Assembly: GCA_043754515.1 (NCBI GenBank)
Contig: JAYUUO010000023.1
Coordinates: forward strand, 1 to 18,613
DNA from: Armatimonadota bacterium
GTDB taxonomy: Bacteria > Armatimonadota > Armatimonadia > Armatimonadales > Armatimonadaceae
Direction of reading: 5' to 3'
DNA length: 18,613 nucleotides
Shown: positions 1-7,681 of the stretch, in pieces
Layout: each line of letters opens with the position of its first letter
Numbering within the stretch: position 1 is the stretch's first letter
Notes under the pieces: generated by a model
Told to the model about the DNA's origin: nothing
Seen by the model: the letters and a program-made list of their open reading frames with translations, nothing else
Database searches by the model: none
Program-made: the position numbers and the translations under genes

Positions 1-33
1 AGCGAACCGCGCCTTCCCAGTGCCCGTGATCGC

Positions 34-1770
34 ATGCTCGGCTACCTCGCGCCGCATAAGGGCGTGTTACTCATCGGCTTGCTCTGTGGCGTGCTGGCAT
101 CCGGCATGGAGACGGGAACGCTACTCGTCCTTGAGAGGTTTATCAAAAGCCTGAGCGATCCTTCGCAGGGCCGCTTCCTGTTGTGGATCTGTCTCGCCAT
201 CGTGCTCCTCTACGCGTTCATGGGAACGTTCCGCTACTTTCAGAATGTCTTTCTGGCGACCGCCGCGCAACGCGTGGGCTTCGGCATCCGCCGCGATATT
301 TACGCGCGCCTGCAACAATTTTCGCTCGGCTACTTCCACAAGCGGCGCACGGGCGCGATCATGTCCGCCCTGCAGAGCGACGCGGCCAAGGTGCAGAACG
401 CGGCGATGCTGGTCAAAGACGCCATCAACGCGCCCATCGCCATGCTCCTGTTCCTCGGCTACCTGTTCCGCACCTCGTGGACGCTGACGTGTTTCCTGCT
501 CCTCGCCGTGCCGCTGATGGCGTTCGCGATCCAGAGTCTGACGCGGCGGCTCCGCGCCCTGTCGGAGGAGACGCAGGACCGGCTCGGTGACCTGTCCGCC
601 GTGATGGAGGAGACGATAGCCGCCCCGCGCATCGTGCGCGCGTTCACCGCCGAGTCGCGGGAGATCGCGCGGTTCGAGGCGGCGAGTATGCGGGCCATGG
701 ACGTCCAGCTCCGTGCCGTTCGCCGCTCCGCGCGTCTGGGACCTATCGTGGATGTCCTCGGGGCGGCGGGGGTCGCGGTGGTACTGTATGTCGGCGGGAT
801 GCTGGTGCTGAACAAAGGTGGCATGGACACGGCGGCCCTGATCACGTACCTCATCGCGGCGTCTAAAATCTCGTCGAGCGTGAACGCCATCGGCGGTATC
901 AAGTCGTCGTACGAGGAGATGATGGGCGCGGCGGACCGGATCTTCAAAGGCGTTTTAGATGTCGAGCCGGAGATCGTGGACGCGCCGGGTGCCGCTGAAC
1001 TGACGACCGTAGCCGGGCGCATCGCGTTCGAGGATGTCTCGTTCGCGTACGACCCCGACAAACCGGTGCTGTCGAACATCAATCTCGTGATCGAGCCGGG
1101 ACAGGTGGTCGCGTTCGTCGGCGAGACCGGCGCGGGCAAGTCCACGCTCGCCGATCTGGTGCCGCGCTTCTATGACCCGACGGCGGGGCGCGTGACGATA
1201 GACGGTCACGACCTGCGCGGCGTGACGATGCGCTCGCTCCGCAAACAGATCGGGATCGTGCCGCAAGAGAGCGTGCTTTTCTCGGGCACGCTCCGGGAGA
1301 ATCTGATCTACGGTCGCCCGGACGCCACCGACGACGAGGTACGCGCCGCCGCCCGCGTGACCAACATCGCGGAGTTCATCGAGTCGCTCCCCGATGGCTA
1401 TGAGACGCGGGTGGGTGAACGCGGCTCGACGCTCTCCGGGGGGCAACGCCAGCGGGTCGCCATCGCCCGCGCCCTGCTCGCCGACCCGCGCATCCTGATC
1501 CTCGACGAAGCGACATCCGCGCTGGACGCGCACACCGAGTCCTCCGTGCAGATCGCCCTCGAAACGCGGCTTGAAGGGCGCACGACGCTGATCATCGCGC
1601 ACCGCCTGTCTACGATTCAGAACGCCGACCGGATCGTGGTGCTAGCGCAAGGGCGGATCGCCGAGATCGGGACGCACACGGAACTGCTGACCCGCGACGG
1701 GATATATGCCCGCCTGTACGCGACTCAGGTCACGCAGGCGTCGCGGAAAGAGACCGGTGCCAGTGCGTGA
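34..1770 (+). CDS. msbA: ABC transporter permease/ATP-binding protein, MsbA-like (probable lipid A flippase); true start may lie upstream of the window
   Basis: N-terminal multi-TM domain plus NBD with Walker A GETGAGKS, Q-loop VPQE, signature LSGGQ, Walker B ILILDE and H-loop AHRL. The frame is open from position 1. It overlaps the DUF374 gene (GTGA). The symbol rests on architecture and context. Confidence 0.85.
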   Translation: MLGYLAPHKGVLLIGLLCGVLASGMETGTLLVLERFIKSLSDPSQGRFLLWICLAIVLLYAFMGTFRYFQNVFLATAAQRVGFGIRRDIYARLQQFSLGYFHKRRTGAIMSALQSDAAKVQNAAMLVKDAINAPIAMLLFLGYLFRTSWTLTCFLLLAVPLMAFAIQSLTRRLRALSEETQDRLGDLSAVMEETIAAPRIVRAFTAESREIARFEAASMRAMDVQLRAVRRSARLGPIVDVLGAAGVAVVLYVGGMLVLNKGGMDTAALITYLIAASKISSSVNAIGGIKSSYEEMMGAADRIFKGVLDVEPEIVDAPGAAELTTVAGRIAFEDVSFAYDPDKPVLSNINLVIEPGQVVAFVGETGAGKSTLADLVPRFYDPTAGRVTIDGHDLRGVTMRSLRKQIGIVPQESVLFSGTLRENLIYGRPDATDDEVRAAARVTNIAEFIESLPDGYETRVGERGSTLSGGQRQRVAIARALLADPRILILDEATSALDAHTESSVQIALETRLEGRTTLIIAHRLSTIQNADRIVVLAQGRIAEIGTHTELLTRDGIYARLYATQVTQASRKETGASA

Positions 1771-2549
1771 GTCTTAAATCGTGGTGGAAGCGCGTCATCC
1801 CGCCCGAAACACGCACGGCTATCGGAGTCAACCTGATCTCCGCGATCCTGCCGCTCCTTCATAAGACGTGGCGGATCACGGACGAAAACCGGGCCGCCGT
1901 GGAGGACTCGCTCGCGGCCAACCGGGGCGTGATTATGGTCACCTGGCACGGACGCTGTCTGGTGCCGTTCACGGTCATGATGCACAGGGGGTGTCACGCG
2001 CTGGTGTCGCTCTCGAACGATGGGGAACTGCTGGCCGGCGTTCTGAAGCGGCTCGGCTGGGGGCTAATCCGAGGCTCTTCGGCGCGCGGAGCGGTTGCCG
2101 CGCTGAAACGGGCAAACACGGTTTTAGCCGAGCCGGGAGCCATGCTCGCATTCACACCTGATGGCCCGCGCGGTCCCTGCGGCGTGGCGCAACTGGGCAT
2201 GATCTTCCTCGCTCGCAAAACTGGCAAGCCACTCTATCCCGTCGGAATCGCCGCGACCCCGCGCGTCCTGCTTCGCTCCTGGGATCGGTTCCTTATTCCG
2301 CTCCCGTTCGCCCGCTGTCATTTCATCTACGGCGACCCGATCCATATCGGCGCGGACGAGGACCTGAACGCGGCGACGTTGCGGGTGCAGACGGCGATCT
2401 CCGCGCTGGAGGCACGCGCCGAAGCGTTTCTCGGCAGCACGCCGCTCCCGGCGTCTTACCGCCCCATGAACGCCGACCTGCTCGCGGGCGAACCCGCCCC
2501 GGACTCCTCCGCCGGGAACGCGGCCCTCTCCGATCGCGGGATCGGCTAG
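1767..2549 (+). CDS. DUF374 lysophospholipid acyltransferase family protein (LpxJ-type lipid A late acyltransferase candidate)
   Basis: Motifs TWHGR, LVSLSNDGE, IRGSSARG, TPDGPRGP and SWDRFLIPLPF are typical of DUF374. The GTG start overlaps the msbA stop. Confidence 0.85.
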   Translation: MSLKSWWKRVIPPETRTAIGVNLISAILPLLHKTWRITDENRAAVEDSLAANRGVIMVTWHGRCLVPFTVMMHRGCHALVSLSNDGELLAGVLKRLGWGLIRGSSARGAVAALKRANTVLAEPGAMLAFTPDGPRGPCGVAQLGMIFLARKTGKPLYPVGIAATPRVLLRSWDRFLIPLPFARCHFIYGDPIHIGADEDLNAATLRVQTAISALEARAEAFLGSTPLPASYRPMNADLLAGEPAPDSSAGNAALSDRGIG

Positions 2550-2599
2550 GTAAGACCGATACCGCGCCCCGCCCTTATAGCCCGGCGACAAACTGCGGA

Positions 2600-3478
2600 T
2601 CAGAAGTCGTAGAACAGCCCCGCCGCTACATGCGCTATCGCGAGCGTGGTCTCGCCGCGCCCGCCGTCCTGACTGCCACGATCCGCGATCACAGAGTGGG
2701 CGGTGCCGCTCTGGTACTTGACCTCCGCGAACAGCCCGAAGCGCGGCGCGAGCAGGTAGCGGGTGCCCGCGAACAGTTGATACCCCCAACCGTCCGGGCG
2801 GTAACCGTCCCGGTTGTGCAATCCCGCTACCTGGTTGATGCTGTACAGCACGAAATATTGCGGCCCCGCTCCGACATATGGCTGTAACCGCCCGTCAGGA
2901 TACCGCGCCCCGATCAGTAGCGGCACGCGGTACGACACGTTCAGCGCGAGCGTGTTGATGCCGTTCGTGATCCGGTATTCCGCGACCCTGTCCGAGATCG
3001 GCTCGACGGTGTTGATAGGCTGGTTCTGCCAGGTGCCGGTGACCCGCTTACTTTCGCCTATCTTCGCGTAGATTTTGACGTGGTTGTACTCGAACTCGAA
3101 GCCGACGTGGGGCGTGTTCCGGGGGTGGTAGCCGATCTTAAAGCCGTAATAGGGCGAGTCTGTCTGCGGCTTGCCCGCCCAGTTGACGCCGTGGTACGTC
3201 ACGTCGGTGCCGAACGCGGGCTGGATCAGGTGCAGGTCGGAGGCGCGGGCGGCACTGCCTCCGGTGTAGAGTGCGAAGTAGTAGGGATGGCGGCGCACCC
3301 TATTCGGCGAGTCTTTGTCACTTTCGGGTTGGGGAAAAGTGGGACGGGTTAATGGCTGGCTCTGCGCGTGCGCGGCGACTGGGGCAGGTAGTAAGGAGCC
3401 GATAACGGCCGATGCGACCGATAACAAACAGTTGGTGAGCGGGGCAGGGAGCCGCCCGCGCCCGCGAAACAATGGCAC
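2600..3478 (-). CDS. Outer-membrane beta-barrel protein, LpxQ (lipid A oxidase)-like
   Basis: Signal peptide ending AHA-Q and C-terminal barrel signature GLFYDF. Blocks WAGKPQTDSPYYG, EYNHVKIYA, ITNGINTLALN, QPYVGAG and FAEVKY parallel Rhizobium LpxQ as I recall it. An RBS-like AGAAGGA lies upstream of the GTG. Confidence 0.7.
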   Translation of the reverse strand: MPLFRGRGRLPAPLTNCLLSVASAVIGSLLPAPVAAHAQSQPLTRPTFPQPESDKDSPNRVRRHPYYFALYTGGSAARASDLHLIQPAFGTDVTYHGVNWAGKPQTDSPYYGFKIGYHPRNTPHVGFEFEYNHVKIYAKIGESKRVTGTWQNQPINTVEPISDRVAEYRITNGINTLALNVSYRVPLLIGARYPDGRLQPYVGAGPQYFVLYSINQVAGLHNRDGYRPDGWGYQLFAGTRYLLAPRFGLFAEVKYQSGTAHSVIADRGSQDGGRGETTLAIAHVAAGLFYDF

Positions 3479-3507
3479 AGTCCGTGGTTTCCTTCTAGCG
3501 AGACGAA

Positions 3508-3554
3508 CGAAAAGCGGAACACGAACTGTCCCAGTCGGTGTTTCCGCTTTTTCG
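3508..3554 (-). terminator. Long hairpin between the E2 gene and the lpxQ-like gene (terminator or leader structure)
   Basis: CGAAAAGCGGAACAC (3508-3522) pairs with GTGTTTCCGCTTTTTCG (3538-3554), with an inner ACTG/CAGT pair. On the minus strand the 3' arm runs into TTTTCGTT. Confidence 0.55.
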
Positions 3555-3589
3555 CTTCGAGTATACCGCCGAACCGGCGCGGTGTCTTT

Positions 3590-5020
3590 TTAGACGAGCA
3601 GGAGCGACGGGGTTTCGAGCACTTCCTTAACCCGCGCTAAAAACGCCGCCGCCGGGGCACCATCCGTCGCGCGGTGATCAAAGGAAAGCGACAGCGCCAT
3701 CATCGGGCGCACCGTTGGGACGCCGCCGCGAGCCACCACGGCATCCGCGATCCCGCCGACGCCGAGTATGCCCACCTGCGGCGGCGCGATGATCGGATTA
3801 AACCCCTCAATCCCGTAGTTGCCCAGGTTCGACACCGAGAATGTCCCGCCGACAATGTCCGCCGACGTGAGCGTGTTCGCGCGGGCGCGTTTCGCGATGT
3901 CGTCCCGATTTCGCGCGATCTCGGCCAGGCCCTTGCGGTGCGCGTCGCGGATCAGCGGCACGATCAGGCCGTCCTCGCCGAGACTGACCGCAAGCCCGAT
4001 GTGTACATCCGCGAAGATCGAGATCGTGTCGCCCTCAATGTGTGCGTTCATGTAGGGATGCTCGGTCAGCGCGACCGCGACCGCCTTGATAATGATGTCG
4101 GTCGGCGAAAGGCGGACGCCGGTCTTTTTTTCGATAGGCGGTAGCAGGGTTTTGCGCAACTCCATCGCCGCGCCCATGTCGGCGGAGAGGTGGAGCGTGA
4201 CGTGCGGGGCGCGCTGTACGGAGCGGACGATATTGTCGGCGACGCGCTTGCGCAGGCCGGAAAGCGTCACGACGCGGACGTTGGTGAGATCCGGCCTGGG
4301 GCCGACCGCTGGTTCGGACGCAGCGGGATTAGGCGCGGTCGGCGACATCGCCGTCGGCGTGGTGGGAGCCGTTGGGGTCGCGGTCGCGCGAACGTCCCCG
4401 GCGACGATGCGTCCCCCAACGCCGGTACCAGAAACGCCCGCGAGGTCCACCCCGGCAGACCGCGCGACAGCGCGGGCGAGCGGCGAAACGCGGCTGGGAT
4501 GCTCTGCTGGTTGCTTCGGCTCAGTGAGAAACGCGAACACGTCTTTTTCTTGAACGCGGCCGTTCGCGCCGGTGCCGCGACCAGCGAGTTCGGCGGTGTC
4601 AACCCCCCGTTCGGCGGCGACGCGGCGGGCGCGGGGCGAGACGGCGACAATGGGTTGTGAGGATGCGGGACCTGATCCAGAGAGGGGAGCGGGTGCTGGG
4701 GAATACCCGTGCGGCGGGGCGGCGTCGGCAGTCGCGGTCATATCCGGGGCGGGTGGCGCGGTCGTGCCCAGCACCTCGTCCGGGGTCGCGGTGACGACCA
4801 GCACGGGTGCCCCGACGGCGATAAAACTATCGGCGGGGGCGAGGATCTCGCGCACGTATCCGGCTTCGGGCGACTCGAAGAACGTCGCGACTTTGTCCGT
4901 TTCGATCTCCGCCAGGTTCTCCCCGACCGCGATTGGATCGCCCACGTTCTTGAGCCACTGGATGATCCGAACCTCCTCGACGCTCTGCCCGAGCACCGGC
5001 ATGTTCAGTGTTTTCGCCAT
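3590..5020 (-). CDS. Dihydrolipoamide acyltransferase (E2) of a 2-oxoacid/acetoin dehydrogenase complex, with one lipoyl domain and two peripheral subunit-binding domains
   Basis: Lipoyl motif ETDKV; two PSBD repeats (SPRARRVA...GTGANGRV and SPLARAVA...GTGVGGRI); Pro/Ala/Thr linkers; catalytic DHRATDG. Confidence 0.93.
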   Translation of the reverse strand: MAKTLNMPVLGQSVEEVRIIQWLKNVGDPIAVGENLAEIETDKVATFFESPEAGYVREILAPADSFIAVGAPVLVVTATPDEVLGTTAPPAPDMTATADAAPPHGYSPAPAPLSGSGPASSQPIVAVSPRARRVAAERGVDTAELAGRGTGANGRVQEKDVFAFLTEPKQPAEHPSRVSPLARAVARSAGVDLAGVSGTGVGGRIVAGDVRATATPTAPTTPTAMSPTAPNPAASEPAVGPRPDLTNVRVVTLSGLRKRVADNIVRSVQRAPHVTLHLSADMGAAMELRKTLLPPIEKKTGVRLSPTDIIIKAVAVALTEHPYMNAHIEGDTISIFADVHIGLAVSLGEDGLIVPLIRDAHRKGLAEIARNRDDIAKRARANTLTSADIVGGTFSVSNLGNYGIEGFNPIIAPPQVGILGVGGIADAVVARGGVPTVRPMMALSLSFDHRATDGAPAAAFLARVKEVLETPSLLLV

Positions 5021-5177
5021 ACTGGTTGCCTTCCCACGAACCTTTCGTTTATCTTTCGTTTACTTTCGATTGGCAATGGTTTCCACGAAGTCGGCGCGAT
5101 CTCCTTCCTATTATTCCGAAAGTGGGAACAAAGCCACAAAATAAATCGCGGTCGGTATGGCCGTTTTTCGGGGTCGG

Positions 5178-5186
5178 TGATAAACT
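5178..5186 (+). promoter_or_regulatory. Extended -10 promoter candidate for the tRNA pair
   Basis: TGaTAAACT about 40 nt upstream of tRNA-Pro, in an AT-richer divergent intergenic region. Confidence 0.45.
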
Positions 5187-5224
5187 GACCGTGCCTTGAG
5201 GCGACTCGGGCGCGGCGATCTTGT

Positions 5225-5297
5225 CGGGGCGTGGCGCAGTTGGTAGCGTGCTTGTTTTGGGAACAAGAAGTCGCAGGTTCGAGTCCTGTCGCCCCGA
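5225..5297 (+). tRNA. tRNA-Pro (anticodon TGG), CCA not encoded
   Basis: Acceptor CGGGGCG/CGCCCCG, D-arm GCGC-AGTTGGTA-GCGT, anticodon stem CTTGT/ACAAG with loop TT-TGG-GA (anticodon 5258-5260), T-arm GCAGG-TTCGAGT-CCTGT, discriminator A. Confidence 0.97.
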
Positions 5298-5320
5298 TGA
5301 TGCGCCGGGGCGGTATGTTC

Positions 5321-5391
5321 GCGGGAGTAGTTCAATGGTAGAACTCCTGCCTTCCAAGCAGATCACGAGGGTTCGATTCCCTTCTCCCGCT
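5321..5391 (+). tRNA. tRNA-Gly (anticodon TCC), CCA not encoded
   Basis: Acceptor GCGGGAG/CTCCCGC, D-arm GTTC-AATGGTA-GAAC, anticodon loop CT-TCC-AA, T-arm GAGGG-TTCGATT-CCCTT, discriminator T. There is one C-A mismatch at the top of the anticodon stem. Confidence 0.96.
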
Positions 5392-5399
5392 TCTGATTC

Positions 5400-5436
5400 C
5401 CCCGCGACTACCAATGGTCGCGGGGATTTGCTTTTC
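5400..5436 (+). terminator. Rho-independent terminator after the tRNA pair
   Basis: Stem CCCCGCGACTA / TGGTCGCGGGG (one G-U pair), loop CCAA, followed by ATTTGCTTTTC. Confidence 0.7.
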
Positions 5437-5651
5437 TAATGAGTGTGGAGCTTGCCGGACCATACGCTTGCGGGTGAGCACCTCCAGCCTCACCGTTCTC
5501 CTCTGCTTCAGGGAATTGCGTGTTGTCGTTACCCCTCTCCCCCCAGCCCCCTTTACTCATGTGCGCACGTTTTTCGCGGCGAAAATACGGACATGGAGAA
5601 AGGGGGCTGGGGGGAGAGGGGTAACGACAATACGCAAGCTCCATCATTAGA
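5435..5651. repeat. Nested inverted-repeat element (REP doublet/MITE-like)
   Basis: Inner 47-bp arms at 5516-5562 and 5591-5637 (TTGCGTRTTGTCGTTACCCCTCTCCCCCCAGCCCCCTTT...CATGT) with an internal TTTTCG/CGAAAA stem. Outer IR is TCTAATGA(GTG)TGGAGCTTGC (5435-5455) vs GCAAGCTCCATCATTAGA (5634-5651). Confidence 0.8.
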
Positions 5652-5655
5652 CCAT

Positions 5656-6752
5656 CTACGCGCCCCCGAGCGTGCCGACGATCAGAGACTCGTACGCTGG
5701 TGCCAACCGGTATGAGCGGTTCTTGCGCGACGGGTCCTGTAGCTCCAGAAACGCATCCTTCACCCAGTCCCGGCAGAGCGCGGCCACCGTGCGCGGACTC
5801 AGAGCGAGGTGTTCCGCGATCTCGCCCGTGCTCGCCGATCCCTGTCGCTCGAAGAGTATCGGGAGCTTCCTCTCGCGCGGGTCGAGTTGGCGGAGCGTGT
5901 GGCTCCGATCCGCGCCACCGCGCGTTGCCGCCTTCGCCGCCTGCGCTCTGACCGCCGCGAACGCTCCCGCCATGCCGAGACAGAAGTAGTCCAGGAACTA
6001 CGAGACGTCGGCTTTTTCGCGCCCCATATAGTAGTTGTGCGATCCGCCGACCGCCAGCGCGTAGTAGTAGCCGTCAAAGTTTCGGGAATAATACTCCTCC
6101 AGGCTGTAGATGCCTTTCAGACCGTAGCCCGCTTTATGTAGAATCAGGGTGGTCAGGAGCCGCGCCGTTCGCCCGTTCCCGTCGTAATACGGGTGTATAG
6201 TCGCGAACTGGTAGTGTGCTAACGCCGCGATGACGGGGACGGGCAACTGGTTGCGTACCAGTTCGCCCGCAATTCATGCGACGAGATCCGCCATCAGTAC
6301 CGGCACGTCACGCGCCTCCGGGGGCATATAGACGGTGCGCCCCGAGCTACTGTCGCTGATGACATTCTGCCCGTCCCGGTACGCGCTCGGGGAAGGGCGT
6401 CCGTTCATCACAAGCCCGTGTATCCGCTGAATGTTTTTCTCGCTTATCGGCGTGGCACTTTCCGATAGTTTCTCGACCTCGAGAGCGGTGTGGTAGTAGT
6501 TCTTGACCTCGGTCTCGTCACGCTCACGTCCCGGGAAACGCGCCCCGGCGATGGCTTCGCGAACCTGCGCCTGTGTCAGTGGGTTGCCCTCAATCTGGGT
6601 GGAGTAGTGGGTCGCGGCGAGTCGGGCCGTCTCCCGTAAAGAGGTAAGCATTTCGACACCAACCGGCAATGCGATCACCGCTTGACGCGCCGCTTCGATG
6701 CTCATGAGTGACTGGGCGAGGGGCGCGGAGATGGTGAATCGCGGGAGAACAT
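5656..6752 (-). pseudogene. Fic family protein with C-terminal winged HTH, disrupted by a 1-nt frameshift near the start and two in-frame stops
   Basis: ORF pieces 6705-6274, 6246-5998 and 5973-5656 share one frame, separated by TGA (DLVA*IAGE) and TAG (ADVS*FLDYF). STQIEGN and the Fic motif HPYYDGNGRTAR are present, plus an HTH (STGEIAEHLALSPRTV). ATG 6752 gives ATG TTC TC- CCG CGA TTC ACC (MF.PRFTI), one base short of frame. Confidence 0.9.
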
Positions 6753-6758
6753 ACGCCC

Positions 6759-6764
6759 ATTATA
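6759..6764 (-). promoter_or_regulatory. -10 box TATAAT 6 nt upstream of the fic ATG (leaderless-type promoter)
   Basis: The minus strand reads TATAAT-GGGCGT-ATG, with no Shine-Dalgarno. Confidence 0.65.
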
Positions 6765-6770
6765 TCGCGT

Positions 6771-6836
6771 GCGCTGTTATCGCGTCGTTAATGCGCTGTT
6801 ATCACGCTGTTATTACGTCGTTAACGTGCTGATAAG
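6771..6836. repeat. Six degenerate 11-bp tandem repeats over the fic promoter
   Basis: Units: GCGCTGTTATC, GCGTCGTTAAT, GCGCTGTTATC, ACGCTGTTATT, ACGTCGTTAAC, GTGCTGATAAG. Confidence 0.85.
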
Positions 6837-6859
6837 TGGGTACTGGGGGCGTGGTTACG

Positions 6860-7378
6860 TCACTCCTCCCCCGCCTTGTTCTTCTTCGGCTCGCCACCGT
6901 CGGGGCCGAGCAGGTGCTGGTAAACGCCGGGCCACGAGTTCGGTATCACAGTCGCCCCGACCGCGTTCTCGTAAAAGGCGACGGGACCCGCCGCGCCGAT
7001 GATCGCGTAGCCGTAGCCGGACTCGCGCAGGGCGTGCAGCGAGACGAGCAGTAGCACGCCGCCGATGCCCTTGCCCCGGAACGCCGGGTCAACGCCGGTC
7101 GGCCCGAAGTAGCCTTTCGCCGTCGCGTCCACCGCCGCGAACCCGATAACGCGCTTCGCGTGGATCGCGAGAAACGTCGAGATCGGTTGCCGGGCGAACC
7201 CTACCTGCGCCTCGTCCGCCCAACTTTCGGCGAAGTAGCGGCTGATGAAGCGGTGCGTGCGCGAAAGATCGAACGGGTGGGCGCGGCGTATTATGATGCC
7301 TTCGTCCGCCTCGAGCGCGGCGAGTTTTTCGGCGGGGTAGGGGGGGAGTCTGTAGAGAGCGACCAGCAGATCCGGCAT
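6860..7378 (-). CDS. GNAT family N-acetyltransferase
   Basis: Acetyl-CoA motif FGPTGVDPAFRGKGIG plus GPVAFYE. Start reassigned to MPDLLV (7378) because AAAGGA precedes it and the longer track start adds an Arg-rich, non-coding-like stretch. Confidence 0.88.
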   Translation of the reverse strand: MPDLLVALYRLPPYPAEKLAALEADEGIIIRRAHPFDLSRTHRFISRYFAESWADEAQVGFARQPISTFLAIHAKRVIGFAAVDATAKGYFGPTGVDPAFRGKGIGGVLLLVSLHALRESGYGYAIIGAAGPVAFYENAVGATVIPNSWPGVYQHLLGPDGGEPKKNKAGEE

Positions 7379-7518
7379 AGGGGCAGTTTCCTTTTTCCCG
7401 GTCATGATTCGCCGTCCGCCGCGCCGTTTCCTGCCCCGCCGCGCGGTCACTCGCTTTGTGGTGTCACTCGGCGGGGTATCGCGCGCCCCGCCCCGCCGCG
7501 CGTTCGTGGCGTCCGGTG

Positions 7519-7538
7519 TTACTCCCGCGCGGGAGTAA
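7519..7538. promoter_or_regulatory. Perfect 20-bp palindrome in the divergent GNAT/trkA intergenic region (operator candidate)
   Basis: TTACTCCCGC-GCGGGAGTAA, followed by an A-run. Confidence 0.45.
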
Positions 7539-7681
7539 AAAAAATGGCCAACCGTCGCGTGCAGGTATTCCGGCGGTATGTCGCCAAACTAGCGCGTGGC
7601 GGACGGCGAAGCCCGCGAATGGTAACGATGAAACCACGGGGCGCGGTAACCCGCCCGGTATATGAAGTAGGCAACGATATT

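Noticed and set aside
3590..5020. Functional link between the E2 gene and the PknG-like operon via 2-oxoglutarate dehydrogenase control
   Set aside because: The E2 gene is over 4 kb away on the opposite strand with unrelated genes between. GarA/OdhI act on E1, and the FHA protein here is not GarA-like.
5049..5715. Short ORFs across the tRNAs and the hairpin element
   Set aside because: They are explained by tRNA and inverted-repeat sequence; the mirrored peptides on both strands are a palindrome artefact.
5998..6276. In-frame TGA and TAG in fic read as selenocysteine/pyrrolysine or stop-codon reassignment
   Set aside because: TGA and TAG end many intact genes in this window, the TGA sits at a likely Trp, and a separate frameshift exists near the start. 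Decay is the simpler explanation.
6771..6836. Repeat array as a mini-CRISPR
   Set aside because: The units are 11 bp, contiguous and degenerate, with no spacers and no cas genes.
7160..7681. N-terminal extension of the first TrkA in the ORF track
   Set aside because: It overlaps the GNAT gene on the opposite strand, and the Rossmann motif begins at ATG 7682.
7379..7681. c-di-AMP (ydaO) riboswitch upstream of trkA
   Set aside because: It would fit a K+ gene, but I could not find its conserved GCUGAAUCC...GGGGGA elements. An Infernal search would settle it.
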